Assembly (NCBI GenBank): GCA_910584295.1
Contig: CAJTYR010000007.1
Coordinates: forward strand, 4,469 to 68,468
Length of the DNA: 64,000 nucleotides
Direction of reading: 5' to 3'
Source of the DNA: an uncultured Christensenella sp.
Lineage (GTDB): Bacteria > Bacillota > Clostridia > Christensenellales > UBA1242
The position numbers and the translations under genes are program-made. Below are positions 35,640 through 46,947 of the stretch, one piece after another; the stretch's first letter is position 1, and the number at the start of each line of letters is the position of its first letter. The notes beneath the pieces were generated by a model, which saw nothing but the letters and a program-made list of their open reading frames with translations, was not told the DNA's origin and did not search any database.

Positions 35640-37709
35640 ATGGCTACAAACCTTGAGATGACCAGAAATGTCGGTATTATGGCTCACATCGATGCTGGAA
35701 AAACTACCACTACAGAAAGAATTCTTTACTATACTGGTAAAAGCCACAAAATCGGTGAAGTTCACGACGGTCAGGCTACAATGGACTGGATGGCTCAGGA
35801 ACAAGAAAGAGGTATCACAATCACTTCTGCCTGCACCACATGCCAATGGAAAGGTCACAAAATCAACATCATTGACACTCCAGGACACGTTGACTTCACT
35901 GTTGAAGTTGAACGTTCTTTGAAAGTTCTTGATGGATCTGTTCTTGTGCTTTCCGCAAGAGATAAGGTTCAACCTCAAACTGAAACTGTTTGGAGACAAG
36001 CCGCAAACTACAAAGTTCCTATCATCATCTATGTAAACAAAATGGACAGAGATGCTGCAGATTTCTTTGGTTGCGTTGATTCAATCAGAGACAGATTGAA
36101 GACAAACCCACTTCCAATTCAAATGCCAATCGGAGAAGCTGACACTTTCAGTGGAATCATTGACCTTCTCACAATGAAGGCTGAAATCTATGAAGATGAC
36201 ATGGGCACAAAAATCAATGTCTGCGATATTCCTGAAGAATACAAAGCAAAGGCTCAAGCACTTCATGATGACATGATTGAAAAAATCGTTGAAACAGATG
36301 ATGCTCTTCTTGAAAAGTTTTTCAATGGAGAGGAAATTTCTTTGGACGAACTTAAAAAGACTTTGAGAAAAGCAACAATCGCAAGAATACTTGTTCCTGT
36401 TCTTTGTGGTTCTTCTTATAAGAATAAGGGTGTTCAGATGCTTTTGGATGCTATGGTTGAATATCTTCCATCTCCACTTGACATAGATCACATTGCTGGA
36501 ACAAACCCAGACACAGGTGCAGAAGAAACAAGAGCACCAAGCGAAGACGCTCCATTTGCTGGTCTTGCATTCAAGATTATGACAGACCCATTTGTTGGTC
36601 GTCTTGCGTTCTTCAGAGTTTACTCTGGAAAACTTACTGCAGGCTCTTATGTTTACAACTCAAACAAGGGTGAAAAAGAAAGAGTTGGAAGACTTATCAG
36701 AATGCACTCAAACCAAAGAGAAGAGATCAAAGAAGTTGGCGCTGGTGACATTGCTGCCATCGTTGGTCTTAAAGACACAATCACAGGTGAAACTCTTTGT
36801 GATGAAAAGAAACCAATCGTTTTGGAAAGTATGGAATTCCCAGAACCAGTTATCAGAGTTGCAATCGAACCAAAAACAAAACTTATGCAAGAAAAAATGG
36901 TTCTCGCACTTGTGAAACTTGCTGAAGAAGATCCAACTTTCAAAACATACACAGACCAAGAAACTGGTCAAACAATCATCGCTGGTATGGGAGAGCTTCA
37001 CCTTGAAATCATCGTTGACAGACTTCTTCGTGAATTTAAAGTTGAAGCAAATGTTGGTGCTCCTCAAGTTGCTTATAAAGAAACAATCAGAAAAGCAACA
37101 AAGGCAGAAGGAAAGTTCATCAGACAGTCTGGTGGTAAGGGACAATATGGTCACTGCGTGATCAATATCGAGCCTCTTGAGCCAGGAACAGGTTATCAAT
37201 TTGAAGATAAGACTGTTGGTGGATCAGTTCCAAAAGAATATATCCAACCAATCAACAACGGAATTCAAGAAGCTTGCAAGACTGGTGTTATTGCTGGATA
37301 TGAAACTGTTGACTTCAAAGTTACTTTGATTGATGGTTCTTATCACGAAGTTGACTCTTCAGAAGCAGCCTTCAAGATTGCTGGTTCTATGGCGTTTAAG
37401 GATGGTGCGTTGCACGCAGACCCAGTTCTTCTTGAACCTATCATGAAAGTTCAAGTTGAAGTTCCAGATGACTATCTTGGAACAGTTATGGGCAACTTGA
37501 CTTCTCGTCGTGGAATTTTGACTGGAAACGAAACAAAACCAGGCGTTCAAGTTGTAAATGCAGAAGTTCCACTTGGAGAAATGTTTGGTTATGCAACAGA
37601 TTTGCGTTCTCAAACACAAGGTCGTGGGACATTCACTATGGAATTCTTGAAATATGCTGAAGTTCCAAGAAACATTGCCGAAACTATTGTTGGAAACAGA
37701 AAGAAATAA
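35640..37709 (+). CDS. fusA: Elongation factor G
   Basis: [28 protein letters not shown], and full-length EF-G features. Confidence 0.97.
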   Translation: MATNLEMTRNVGIMAHIDAGKTTTTERILYYTGKSHKIGEVHDGQATMDWMAQEQERGITITSACTTCQWKGHKINIIDTPGHVDFTVEVERSLKVLDGSVLVLSARDKVQPQTETVWRQAANYKVPIIIYVNKMDRDAADFFGCVDSIRDRLKTNPLPIQMPIGEADTFSGIIDLLTMKAEIYEDDMGTKINVCDIPEEYKAKAQALHDDMIEKIVETDDALLEKFFNGEEISLDELKKTLRKATIARILVPVLCGSSYKNKGVQMLLDAMVEYLPSPLDIDHIAGTNPDTGAEETRAPSEDAPFAGLAFKIMTDPFVGRLAFFRVYSGKLTAGSYVYNSNKGEKERVGRLIRMHSNQREEIKEVGAGDIAAIVGLKDTITGETLCDEKKPIVLESMEFPEPVIRVAIEPKTKLMQEKMVLALVKLAEEDPTFKTYTDQETGQTIIAGMGELHLEIIVDRLLREFKVEANVGAPQVAYKETIRKATKAEGKFIRQSGGKGQYGHCVINIEPLEPGTGYQFEDKTVGGSVPKEYIQPINNGIQEACKTGVIAGYETVDFKVTLIDGSYHEVDSSEAAFKIAGSMAFKDGALHADPVLLEPIMKVQVEVPDDYLGTVMGNLTSRRGILTGNETKPGVQVVNAEVPLGEMFGYATDLRSQTQGRGTFTMEFLKYAEVPRNIAETIVGNRKK

Positions 37710-37801
37710 CAGTTTCTGTCAAAAATATATCAAAAATGTTTTGACATTTACAAAATATATGTTAAAATGTAACAGTAAAAAATAAAAAGGAGATTTTAAA
37801 A

Positions 37802-39004
37802 ATGGCTACAGGTAAGTATGACATTACTAAACCACACGTTAACGTTGGTACAATCGGACACGTTGACCATGGTAAAACTACATTGACTGCTGCTATTACA
37901 ATGTATAGCGCAGCAAAGGGCTTTGCTCAAAAGATGAGATACGATGAAATCGACAAAGCTCCAGAAGAAAAAGCAAGAGGAATCACAATCAACACAGCAC
38001 ACGTTGAATATCAAACAGAAAAGAGACACTATGCTCACGTTGACTGCCCAGGACACGCTGATTATGTTAAAAACATGATTACTGGTGCCGCTCAAATGGA
38101 CGGCGCAATCCTTGTTGTTGCTGCAACAGATGGTCCTATGCCTCAAACAAGAGAACACATTTTGCTTGCTAGACAGGTTGGTGTTCCTTATATCCTCGTT
38201 TTCATGAACAAAACTGATCAAGTTGACGATCCAGAACTTTTGGAACTCGTTGAAATGGAAATCAGAGAACTTTTGAACGAATATGGATTCCCAGGAGATG
38301 ACACTCCAATCATTAAAGGTTCAGCTCTCAAAGCATTGGAAGCTGCTCAAGCTGGAAATGTAACAGATTCTGCTTGTGCTCCTATTCAAGAACTTCTTGA
38401 CGCTCTTGATTCTTATATCCCTGAACCAGAAAGAGACACTGACAAACCTTTCCTTATGCCAGTTGAAGACGTTTTCACAATCACAGGTCGTGGAACTGTT
38501 GCTACTGGAAGAATCGAAAGAGGTGTTGTAAGAATCAATGATGTTGTTGAAATCGTTGGTATGGGCGCAAAGAAACAAACAGTTGTAACTGGTGTTGAAA
38601 TGTTCAGAAAGACAGTTGATGAAGGTATCGCTGGATTCAACGTTGGTATTCTTCTTCGTGGTATCCAAAGAACAGAAATCGAAAGAGGACAAGTTCTTTG
38701 CAAACCAGGAACAATTAAACCTCACACAAAATTTGCTGCTGAAGTTTACGTTTTGAAGAAAGAAGAAGGCGGACGTCACACTCCATTCTTCAATGGTTAC
38801 AGACCACAATTCTATTTCAGAACAACTGACGTAACAGGAACAATTGAACTTCCTGCAGGTGTTGAAATGGTTATGCCTGGAGATAACATCAAGATGACAA
38901 TCGAACTTTCAAAAGAAATTGCCATCGAACAAGGACTTCGTTTTGCTATCCGTGAAGGCGGAAGAACAGTTGGTTCTGGTGTTGTTTCACAAGTTATTGA
39001 ATAA
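37802..39004 (+). CDS. tuf: Elongation factor Tu
   Basis: [29 protein letters not shown]. Confidence 0.97.
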   Translation: MATGKYDITKPHVNVGTIGHVDHGKTTLTAAITMYSAAKGFAQKMRYDEIDKAPEEKARGITINTAHVEYQTEKRHYAHVDCPGHADYVKNMITGAAQMDGAILVVAATDGPMPQTREHILLARQVGVPYILVFMNKTDQVDDPELLELVEMEIRELLNEYGFPGDDTPIIKGSALKALEAAQAGNVTDSACAPIQELLDALDSYIPEPERDTDKPFLMPVEDVFTITGRGTVATGRIERGVVRINDVVEIVGMGAKKQTVVTGVEMFRKTVDEGIAGFNVGILLRGIQRTEIERGQVLCKPGTIKPHTKFAAEVYVLKKEEGGRHTPFFNGYRPQFYFRTTDVTGTIELPAGVEMVMPGDNIKMTIELSKEIAIEQGLRFAIREGGRTVGSGVVSQVIE

Positions 39005-39016
39005 TAACAATAATTC

Positions 39017-39047
39017 TAAAAAGACTGGGATTTCCAGTCTTTTTTTG
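39017..39047 (+). terminator. Intrinsic terminator of the str operon
   Basis: Hairpin AGACTGG-GATTT-CCAGTCT followed by a T-run. Confidence 0.8.
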
Positions 39048-39058
39048 TTGTTTAGTTG

Positions 39059-39086
39059 TAAAAAAAAGACCAAAATTTCGGTCTCT
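39059..39086 (-). terminator. Intrinsic terminator of the convergent gene
   Basis: Hairpin GACC-AAAATTTC-GGTC with an A-run on the plus strand. Confidence 0.55.
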
Positions 39087-39087
39087 T

Positions 39088-39621
39088 TTATTTGCCATTT
39101 CTATCTTTTGGGGACTTAGCTGGAGTTTTTCCTTCATCAACCTGTGCGAGTAAGAGAGCAGAACAGAAAATTTGATTATCTGTATTTTTAGTTCCGGATT
39201 GGATGTTTGCAAAGCCTTTATCTGTAATTTTTTTTGCTAGTTCGGCATCACCACCAGTTGCATAAAGACTGGTGAGTGCGATTTCAAATTTCATAAGATT
39301 TTGTGTGGCACAGGCTGATTCGAAAACCCCAGCAATGGTTTGTGGGTTGCTGTTTTCCCATGGGTTGTTTTCTCTTCCCCATTTTTTCATATTAAAATTA
39401 AGAAGGCTTGATGCTTTTTCTGTTTCAACCAAGTCTGAAAGGCAATATTCAATGTTTGCTCTGATGTCATCTATATTTTCACATTTTAATTGACAGCCTT
39501 GGTTTGTTTGGCTTAACATTGTTCCAAACTCATAATTTTGGTCGTCCATTATTCTAAGAATGGAATCTTTTATAAGCAATAAGGATTTGTAATCTTCAAC
39601 TATTTCTTTAAGTTTTCTCAT
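39088..39621 (-). CDS. Hypothetical protein
   Basis: 177-aa ORF with RBS GGAGAAAAA. No motif recognised. Confidence 0.6.
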   Translation of the reverse strand: MRKLKEIVEDYKSLLLIKDSILRIMDDQNYEFGTMLSQTNQGCQLKCENIDDIRANIEYCLSDLVETEKASSLLNFNMKKWGRENNPWENSNPQTIAGVFESACATQNLMKFEIALTSLYATGGDAELAKKITDKGFANIQSGTKNTDNQIFCSALLLAQVDEGKTPAKSPKDRNGK

Positions 39622-39814
39622 TTTTTTCTCCTATGTATTTTTGAAATTTGAAAAAATGAATTTTCTTCATTTATATATTGAGTATAACACATATAATTTG
39701 CTATTTCAAGACCCATTTTTGATTTTTTTGACAAAATCATACCTTTTGAAACTGATTTTTATTTTGTTACATGTGGATTTTATGCTATAATCTTTATTAT
39801 AAGCGAGAAAAATT

Positions 39815-40180
39815 ATGGGATTGATGAATTATATCTATAAATTTTTTGGATTTGAAAGTGATGATGTCAAAGTGGTTGCAAAAAAGAAAAATCCACAAAA
39901 AGCAACCTACAATTTGAAAATCAAGCAGGACATGCCGGAAGAAATTGATGGTGTGAAAGTTTTTTATCCTGAAGATTTTGAAGAGTGCAAAGAAAGAGCA
40001 GATTTGTTGAAGAAAAACACTCCTTTTTTCCTTGATTTTCGTGCTTGTAGCAACAATGAGAAAAACAAAGCATTAAATTATATCAGTGGCGTTATTGCTG
40101 TTCTAGGTGCAAGTATGGAAGAAGTTGAAAAAAATCTTTACATTTTTTTGCCTAAAAATATGAAAATTGAGAGAGAATGA
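39815..40180 (+). CDS. sepF: Cell division protein SepF
   Basis: The FYPEDFEECKERADLLKKNTPFFLDF...ALNYISGVIAVLGASMEEVEKNLYIFLPKNM pattern is typical of DUF552/SepF. Confidence 0.75.
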   Translation: MGLMNYIYKFFGFESDDVKVVAKKKNPQKATYNLKIKQDMPEEIDGVKVFYPEDFEECKERADLLKKNTPFFLDFRACSNNEKNKALNYISGVIAVLGASMEEVEKNLYIFLPKNMKIERE

Positions 40181-40401
40181 ATATGAAAAGTGGTTCTTGT
40201 CCAAAATGTGCAAGTGAAGACATTTTGGTTTTTTCGCAAAGTGGGAAAGAGAAATTTGTGGATTGTGAAAAAATTGGAAACCTTAAGGGCGAAATTGTTA
40301 CAACAAGATATGTTTGTTGCAATTGTGGTTATTCAGAGCGTTATTTTGAGGATGAAAACCTTGAAAAGTTGAAGAAGAAATACAAAAAAGTGAGAGGTTG
40401 A
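40177..40401 (+). CDS. Small zinc-ribbon protein
   Basis: CPKC...CCNC. ATGA overlap with sepF. Confidence 0.55.
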   Translation: MNMKSGSCPKCASEDILVFSQSGKEKFVDCEKIGNLKGEIVTTRYVCCNCGYSERYFEDENLEKLKKKYKKVRG

Positions 40402-40406
40402 GCTTT

Positions 40407-40916
40407 TTGAAAAAGAAAGATTGGATCAAATTTTCCGTTATGATGGCAATAATTGTTGCAATTCTCGTGGTTGACTTGGTCACAAAGTATGTCTTTGATG
40501 CAAAATTGGCAGGAGGGGAATCTGTGACAGTTATTCCTTATCTTTTCAATTTCCGAATTGTGCATAATTATGGTGCAGCATGGGGTATGCTTGCTGGGAA
40601 GCAAGTCTTTTTGATTGTTTTAACCTTTATTTTTCTTGGAATTTTCATTTTTTATTATATCAAAGAAAAAAACAAATCTTGGCTTTTGAATGTTACCTTT
40701 GGCTTCCTTTTTGCAGGTTGCTTGGGCAATCTTTATGACAGACTTATTTTTGGATATGTGAGAGATATGATTGAATTTGATTTTTGGAAAAGTTTTCCAA
40801 TTTTCAATTTTGCAGATGTTGCCTTAAGTGTTGGGGTTGTTCTTTTGGTTGTCTATTTAATTATCTATTTTGTCAAAGAAACAAAAGCAAAGAAGGTTGA
40901 CAAAAGAGATGAATAA
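40407..40916 (+). CDS. lspA: Lipoprotein signal peptidase II
   Basis: NYGAAWGM and FNFADVALSVG motifs. TTG start 9 nt after GAGAGG; the TTG at 40398 is an alternative. Confidence 0.9.
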   Translation: MKKKDWIKFSVMMAIIVAILVVDLVTKYVFDAKLAGGESVTVIPYLFNFRIVHNYGAAWGMLAGKQVFLIVLTFIFLGIFIFYYIKEKNKSWLLNVTFGFLFAGCLGNLYDRLIFGYVRDMIEFDFWKSFPIFNFADVALSVGVVLLVVYLIIYFVKETKAKKVDKRDE

Positions 40917-41811
40917 GGAAATTTTTGTCACTGAAAGTGGTGTGGGAAAAAGAATTGACGCATTTCTTGTTGAAATTTTTCCTGATTTTTCTCGTTCTCA
41001 TGTCAAAAACTTGATCGATAAGGGATTGGTTAAGGTTGATGGTAAATTGCCAAACAAGGCTGGTCTTTTGCTTAAAAATGGTCAAATGATCGAAATCGAA
41101 CCACTTTTGCCTCAAAAAATATCGACAGAAGCGGAAGATGTTGATTTTGAGATTGTTTATGAAGACAAAGATTTGGCTGTGATTAATAAACCTCAAGGAT
41201 TGGTGGTGCATCCATGCACTTCAACAAAAAATGGAACACTTGTCAATGGGCTTTTGGCGAAAATCAAAGATTTAAGTGGTATAAACGGACAGCTTCGTCC
41301 AGGGATTGTTCACAGACTTGATAAGGATACAAGCGGTCTTTTGGTGGTTGCAAAAAATGATTTTGCTCATGTGAGCCTTGCTGAGCAAATCAAAAATAAG
41401 ACTTGTCATAGACATTATTTGTCACTTCTTGAAGGGCATTTAAGAGATGGTGCAGGCAGAATTGAGACATACATAAAAAGAGACCCTAAAAATCGAAAAA
41501 AGATGTCCGTGCAGTCGACAGGCAGGCTTGCAATCACTGATTATAAAGTGCAAAAATGGTTTGATGATTGTTGTTTGGTTGAATTTGTTCTTCAAACTGG
41601 AAGAACTCATCAAATTAGGGTGCATGCAAAATATTTGGGGCATCCAGTCGTTGGTGACAAGCTTTATGGCAAGGAGAAAAAGGGGCTTGTAGGACAACTG
41701 CTTCATGCCTATAAACTTTCGTTTACACATCCAAAAACTGGAAAGTTTATGGAGTTTGAAGTGGATCTGCCAGATTATTTTAAAGGGTATATAAAAACAT
41801 TGGAGAAATAA
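40909..41811 (+). CDS. rluD: 23S rRNA pseudouridine synthase RluD family
   Basis: S4 domain plus the HRLDKDTSGLL catalytic motif. ATGAATAA overlap with lspA. Confidence 0.9.
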   Translation: MNKEIFVTESGVGKRIDAFLVEIFPDFSRSHVKNLIDKGLVKVDGKLPNKAGLLLKNGQMIEIEPLLPQKISTEAEDVDFEIVYEDKDLAVINKPQGLVVHPCTSTKNGTLVNGLLAKIKDLSGINGQLRPGIVHRLDKDTSGLLVVAKNDFAHVSLAEQIKNKTCHRHYLSLLEGHLRDGAGRIETYIKRDPKNRKKMSVQSTGRLAITDYKVQKWFDDCCLVEFVLQTGRTHQIRVHAKYLGHPVVGDKLYGKEKKGLVGQLLHAYKLSFTHPKTGKFMEFEVDLPDYFKGYIKTLEK

Positions 41812-41812
41812 C

Positions 41813-42352
41813 ATGATTATTTTTATTAGGCATGGACAAACAAAAGAAAATCTTGAGGGAATCAATACAGGGCGAAAAGATATCCCTCTCAACAAGACTG
41901 GCAAAGTTCAGGCAAAAGAATGTGCCCAAATCATGATGTGGGACAAGTTTGATGTTGTGTATTGTTCTCCACTTAAAAGAGCAAAACAGACAGCAAAAAT
42001 CATTATGAAACATCACAAACATGTTCCAATCATCTATGATGATCGACTTGTGGAGAGGGAAGATGGCTCTGCCACTGGTATGAAACAAAGTGAAGCCTAT
42101 CCTAAATTTGTTTGGGATTTTAAGAAAAAATATGACTTTGAAAATTTTGAGCAGCCTGCGGAAATGTTTAAAAGGGTTTCAGGCTTTTATGATGAGATTT
42201 TGCCAAAACATAAGGGACAAAAGGTGGTCATCATTGCACATGATGGAGTTGGGAAAATCAGTCGTATGTATTTTGAAGGGTTGCCAGAATGCAAAAACCT
42301 CGATGGCTTCTTGTTTGACAACGCCAGACCTTATGTTTTAAGTGAAGATTAG
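41813..42352 (+). CDS. Histidine phosphatase family protein
   Basis: IIFIRHGQTKEN (RHG motif). Confidence 0.8.
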   Translation: MIIFIRHGQTKENLEGINTGRKDIPLNKTGKVQAKECAQIMMWDKFDVVYCSPLKRAKQTAKIIMKHHKHVPIIYDDRLVEREDGSATGMKQSEAYPKFVWDFKKKYDFENFEQPAEMFKRVSGFYDEILPKHKGQKVVIIAHDGVGKISRMYFEGLPECKNLDGFLFDNARPYVLSED

Positions 42353-42412
42353 ATAAGAAATTCAGCAGAATTAATTGAAATAAAAAAAATGCACATGTGC
42401 ATTTTTTATTTA

Positions 42413-43225
42413 TTATACTTTTCCACCATCAATGTTTTTTGTTGAAGCTGTTTTTGATGATGTAAGTTTTTGCTGAAGTGATGCTGGAAGTGGAGTTGCA
42501 ATTTCGTTGTCAAGATTTGCGGTGACCAAAATAGATTTAAGTTCTGGCGACATGTGCTTTTCCGCCCATCTTTCCGCACATTCAGTTGTTTTTCCATAAA
42601 AAGTATCTTCTACGCCAATTGCTCCGACATAATCAAGAGTAACAAGAAGCATCACTTTGCTCTGTTTAAGTTCGCATTTTTCTTTATTTAGCCATATGTA
42701 TTTGATTCCATTATCTTCTACAATAGGAGCAGTGTTTGAATACTCGGTTTGACTTGCAATGAATGTTGGTTGATTTGATCCTTTGAAATAAAAAAGTTCG
42801 TGTATATTAAGAGTGGTTGTCCTATCCAAAGGATTACAAGATTTTACTAAATTGGAATTTTTGTCATAGATTGGCATACAAGACACTCGAAAGCCGGCGC
42901 CAGATTCTAAATTTTTCCTCGTGTAATATGTTTCGAAAAGTCCATCTTCACATAAATAGCAAGCAATGGTTTCAGGTTTCTTATAAAGAGCATTGTTTAT
43001 CTCTTCTTTAGCAGGTCTTACAATTTCAAATCTTGTAATTCCATAGCCCTTGCCATCGTAGCACTTAAAACGCTTGGTTCTATGTCCTGAATTTACTGAT
43101 ACGGGATTCCCATTTGAGTCGGGCTCTGCATCTGTGGAAACAAATGCGCTCATAAAGGCTGGAAATTTTTTATATAAATATTCCACGCACTCTATCGCAC
43201 TAAAAACAAAAGCTTTTCCTTGCAT
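42413..43225 (-). CDS. Hypothetical protein
   Basis: Internal ATG preceded by TAGGAGGAAAAA. About 270 aa. No motif recognised. Confidence 0.6.
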   Translation of the reverse strand: MQGKAFVFSAIECVEYLYKKFPAFMSAFVSTDAEPDSNGNPVSVNSGHRTKRFKCYDGKGYGITRFEIVRPAKEEINNALYKKPETIACYLCEDGLFETYYTRKNLESGAGFRVSCMPIYDKNSNLVKSCNPLDRTTTLNIHELFYFKGSNQPTFIASQTEYSNTAPIVEDNGIKYIWLNKEKCELKQSKVMLLVTLDYVGAIGVEDTFYGKTTECAERWAEKHMSPELKSILVTANLDNEIATPLPASLQQKLTSSKTASTKNIDGGKV

Positions 43226-43349
43226 TTTTCCTCCTAAAGATAAGGCAATTATATTATATGTTGGGCTTAATGTCAATAGGCGCTTATTATATAAGTAGGA
43301 ATATAATGTTTTACTTACATAAATATAATGTATTTTTCGCATTATTCTC

Positions 43350-43503
43350 TTGACAAAAAGGGCGTTTTTCTGCTAAAATATCAAAGTATCCGCATGGTAT
43401 GGGTTTTGAAAGTAAGATTTGTTGCGATAAGTTTCTTATTTGCAATGGAAAGTGTCGAAGACACCACCCGGACAGCGAGTTTGGATAGAGGAGGTAAGAA
43501 TTT
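43350..43503 (+). promoter_or_regulatory. rplU promoter plus structured leader (possible L21 leader)
   Basis: TTGACA (43350-43355), 18 nt, TAAAAT. Leader hairpins TTGCGATAAG...CTTATTTGCAA and GTGTC-GAA-GACAC. Confidence 0.4.
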
Positions 43504-43812
43504 ATGTTTGCAGTGGTTCAAACTGGTGGAAAGCAATACAATGTCACAGAAAACGATGTGCTTAAAGTTGAAAAACTTTCTGGCGAAGTTGGAAGCAAGA
43601 TTAAACTTGATGTTCTCTTGGTTTCAGATGGAAACAAGACTGTTGCTGGAACACCAACTGTTAAGGCGGCTGAAGTTTTGGCTGAAATTGTTGCTCACGG
43701 AAAAGGTGACAAAATCGTTGTATTCAAATACAAACCAAAGAAAAATGTCAGAAGCAAACAAGGTCACAGACAACCTTGGACAGAAATTAAAATTGTTTCA
43801 ATAAAGATGTAA
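43504..43812 (+). CDS. rplU: 50S ribosomal protein L21
   Basis: [14 protein letters not shown] is canonical L21. Confidence 0.95.
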   Translation: MFAVVQTGGKQYNVTENDVLKVEKLSGEVGSKIKLDVLLVSDGNKTVAGTPTVKAAEVLAEIVAHGKGDKIVVFKYKPKKNVRSKQGHRQPWTEIKIVSIKM

Positions 43813-43814
43813 TT

Positions 43815-44135
43815 ATGACTAGAATTACAATTTTCAAAAAAAATGGAAAAATTTGTGAGTATCAAATCAAAGGTCATAGTGGATTTGCTGAAGAGGGCAG
43901 TGACATTGTTTGTGCTGGGATTTCAACTGCAGGACAGATGGCTTTGATTGCTCTTAATGAGGTTTTGAAATTGGATGTTGAGTTTGACATCAAAGACGCA
44001 TATTTGCATGTTTTCTTGAAAGATTTTCAAGATGAAAAGGCTCAAGTTGTTTTGAGCGCAATGGAAAAAACTTTTGAAGATATCACAAAAAATTATGATA
44101 AAAATGTTAGAATGGAGGTTAGAGATGTTTGTTAA
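43815..44135 (+). CDS. prp: Ribosomal-processing cysteine protease Prp
   Basis: [18 protein letters not shown] signature. Sits between rplU and rpmA. Confidence 0.85.
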   Translation: MTRITIFKKNGKICEYQIKGHSGFAEEGSDIVCAGISTAGQMALIALNEVLKLDVEFDIKDAYLHVFLKDFQDEKAQVVLSAMEKTFEDITKNYDKNVRMEVRDVC

Positions 44136-44397
44136 TTTACAACTTTTTGCTCACCACAAAGGTGGCGGAAGCACAAAGAACGGCAGAGATTCTCAAGGTC
44201 AACGTCTTGGCGTGAAAGCTTACGCTGGAGAATTTGTGACTGCAGGTTCAATCATCGTAAGACAACGTGGCACAAAGATTTATCCTGGTGCAAATGTTGG
44301 AATCGGAAAAGATTATACTCTTTTTGCTCTTAAAGATGGAAAAGTTCAATTCGGAAAAGGCAAAGGAAAAGATATCGTTTCAGTTGTTGCTGAATAG
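44125..44397 (+). CDS. rpmA: 50S ribosomal protein L27 with cleavable N-terminal extension
   Basis: [23 protein letters not shown]. The Firmicute-type propeptide ends in LQLFA. Confidence 0.95.
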   Translation: MFVNLQLFAHHKGGGSTKNGRDSQGQRLGVKAYAGEFVTAGSIIVRQRGTKIYPGANVGIGKDYTLFALKDGKVQFGKGKGKDIVSVVAE

Positions 44398-44447
44398 TTT
44401 TTTAAGGGCTCGAACTTGAGTCCTTTTTTCATTTGTTGAGGAAAAAA

Positions 44448-45275
44448 ATGAAATACATATTGGAAAATAATAAAATTAATATTATTGGTAAAGAAGATTT
44501 CAATCCGGAACACATTTTGGAGTGTGGACAGATTTTTTCATTTTATAAAGATGATGATGGCAATTATATCGTATCATCGTTGGATAAATGTGCAAAGATT
44601 TTTGAAAATAAGACAGGATTTGTTATTGAAACAAATTTCCCAGAATATTTTGAGAACTTTTTTGATCTTAAAACTGATTATGCAAAAATTAAATCTCATT
44701 TAAGTCAATTTGAAATTCTTAAAAAACCAATTGAATATGGTTATGGCATAAGAATCCTGAAGCAAAATTTGTTTGAAACTCTTATTTCTTTTATCGTTTC
44801 AGCAAACAACAATATAAAAAGAATCAAATTGATTCTCAATCGAATAAAAGAGAAGTATGGAACTTGTATGAATGGTTATTTTGCCTTTCCAACCAGAGAG
44901 CAACTTTTGAGCGCAACTGAAGCCGATTTTGCAGAGCTAGGTGCAGGTTATCGAGCAAAATACCTTTTTGAAGTTCTTCGTCAAGTTGATGAAGACAGGC
45001 TGTTGCAGTGGGACTCACTTCCAACAAAAGAATTAAGAAATAATTTGGTTTCGCTTATGGGTGTTGGACCAAAAGTTGCAGATTGCGTGCTTTTGTTTGG
45101 TTATGGCAGAGGAGATGTTTTTCCTGTTGATACTTGGATTGAGCAAATGTATGACAGATTTTATACTCACATTGACAACAGGGAGAAGGTGAGAGAAAAT
45201 TTGGTGGCTGAATTTGGCGAACTTTCAGGCTATGCTCAACAATATCTATTTTTCTTTATGAGAGAGGGTATGTAA
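44448..45275 (+). CDS. ogg: 8-oxoguanine DNA glycosylase (Ogg, HhH-GPD family)
   Basis: LMGVGPKVADCVLLFGYGRGDVFPVDTWI carries the catalytic Lys and Asp in Ogg-like spacing. Confidence 0.75.
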   Translation: MKYILENNKINIIGKEDFNPEHILECGQIFSFYKDDDGNYIVSSLDKCAKIFENKTGFVIETNFPEYFENFFDLKTDYAKIKSHLSQFEILKKPIEYGYGIRILKQNLFETLISFIVSANNNIKRIKLILNRIKEKYGTCMNGYFAFPTREQLLSATEADFAELGAGYRAKYLFEVLRQVDEDRLLQWDSLPTKELRNNLVSLMGVGPKVADCVLLFGYGRGDVFPVDTWIEQMYDRFYTHIDNREKVRENLVAEFGELSGYAQQYLFFFMREGM

Positions 45276-45355
45276 AAAATTTTACAAAAAGTATTGCAAA
45301 AATGTTTTAAAAGTGATAGAATATATTTAAATTATTATTTAGGAGGGTTTTTGAA

Positions 45356-46849
45356 ATGAAAAAATTCACAAAGAAAGCTATAACCTTTGCACTTACAGGT
45401 GTGTTGGGCCTTTCTACTATGGCTGGGCTGGTAGCATGCGATAATGAAAAACCTCCAGTTGACCCAAATCCGCCAATTGTGATTCCTGACCCAAATCCAC
45501 CAGTTGACCCAAAACCAGTTGAGCCAGAGATTCCTACAGATGCTTATGATGAATTTGTCGCAAGAATGGGTGCCAACAATTGCTATTCTTACACGTACAC
45601 TAAAAATGGAAGGGAAACATGGTATAAATTTCAAGGTGACAAAATGGTTGTTGATGGGTATAAAACATTTTTGTATCTTGAAAAAGGTGTGACTTATCAA
45701 CTTTCTTATGATGAAACAGAAGAAAAATATCGCAAGACAGTTTCAGAGACAACTCTTGATGTTGAATCATATATCCTTTCCGATCTTAATCTTGCAGTTC
45801 TTACTTCTTATGATGAAGATTCTGAAGAATACACAGTTTCTATGGCAGGTCAAACATGGAAGATGTTAGTTTCGGATTCTAGGCTTGTTCTTGAAAGTGG
45901 AGATGTTCAACATAAGGTTGAGGCTGTTGATTTGATTAATGTTAATCTTCCATCACAAGATAAAATCATTGATGACACAACATCAATTGATCCAAAGCCT
46001 CCAGTGGTTGAGCCAGATGACCCAATTGTTGAAGACAAAGTCTACACAATCAATGCTCAAGGTGTGAGAGTTTACAATAGCAAACTTCTTGCAGAAACAA
46101 TCAAAGAAGCACTCAACACTCAAGTTGGCAATGGAACTTTGTATGGAGCAATCACATATGGAATTGGAACGACAGTTGATGAAGTTTTGTTTATTTCAAC
46201 TCAAGGGGAAGATATAAAAATTGGAGCAGTTGCATCTGGGGCAGGTGCAAGTGGAAAAACTTTAGGAATTTTTACAATTAAAAATGATAGTGTTTCAACA
46301 TGGTCTGAAAATAAACAAGTTTGGATTGATGGTTTTGTAAAAAATAAAAATATCTCTGTTAATGGTGTAAGAGGTGTTGATTTTAAAAAGTCAGAAGAAA
46401 ACAAAGAACAATTGACTGAGATATTTGAAAAAGTGCTTGATAAATATGCAACCAATGGTGTTCAAGCTCAAAGTAAGAATATATTAGGAACACCAATTCC
46501 AAGATTTGAAAATTCAACTGTTTTGTGTGTTTATGAATATGCTGGGGATCAAGAGGGAATTGCCGCCTTAGATATGGGCAATATTCACCACATTGGCTTG
46601 GTGGGTGTTGTGATTGATAAGAATGGAGAGCCTGTTTTCTTGAACTTGGGAGTTGCAACCACAGATTTTGTAAGTGCTTATGATACAATTTTGAATACAA
46701 ATAACAGTGTAAACAATGAATTTATCGTTTTTGAGCAAGTTCAAAAAATTGAAGCAAATAAAGATTTTTATCAAAAGGAATCTTCTAAAGAAAAAAACAG
46801 TGTAAAAGCAAAAGAAGTTGCTCTTCCAGCAGGAAGAAGCAAAGAATAA
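45356..46849 (+). CDS. Lipoprotein with Pro-rich linker, unknown function
   Basis: Signal peptide with lipobox LVAC. PPVDPNPPIVIPDPNPPVDPKPVEPE linker. Confidence 0.8.
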   Translation: MKKFTKKAITFALTGVLGLSTMAGLVACDNEKPPVDPNPPIVIPDPNPPVDPKPVEPEIPTDAYDEFVARMGANNCYSYTYTKNGRETWYKFQGDKMVVDGYKTFLYLEKGVTYQLSYDETEEKYRKTVSETTLDVESYILSDLNLAVLTSYDEDSEEYTVSMAGQTWKMLVSDSRLVLESGDVQHKVEAVDLINVNLPSQDKIIDDTTSIDPKPPVVEPDDPIVEDKVYTINAQGVRVYNSKLLAETIKEALNTQVGNGTLYGAITYGIGTTVDEVLFISTQGEDIKIGAVASGAGASGKTLGIFTIKNDSVSTWSENKQVWIDGFVKNKNISVNGVRGVDFKKSEENKEQLTEIFEKVLDKYATNGVQAQSKNILGTPIPRFENSTVLCVYEYAGDQEGIAALDMGNIHHIGLVGVVIDKNGEPVFLNLGVATTDFVSAYDTILNTNNSVNNEFIVFEQVQKIEANKDFYQKESSKEKNSVKAKEVALPAGRSKE

Positions 46850-46947
46850 TTGTGAAAAGGATTGATGGTTTTCAATCCTTTTTTCTTATTAAGAAAAAAT
46901 ATGAGAAAAATATTGTTTTTTTGGAATTTTTGTGATAAGATAAAGAT

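Noticed and set aside
36081-38809. Minus-strand ORFs of 136-163 aa opposite fusA and tuf
   Set aside because: They are shadow ORFs of highly expressed, strongly codon-biased genes. No start signals are present and the composition is implausible.
43328-43804. 158-aa + strand ORF overlapping the rplU leader and rplU in another frame
   Set aside because: rplU, in its own frame, is canonical L21 with a good RBS. The long ORF would begin inside the divergent gene's promoter region.
44125-44160. The L27 N-terminal extension as an anomaly
   Set aside because: It is the well-known Firmicute propeptide (MFVNLQLFA) removed by the adjacent Prp protease, so it is expected and not novel.
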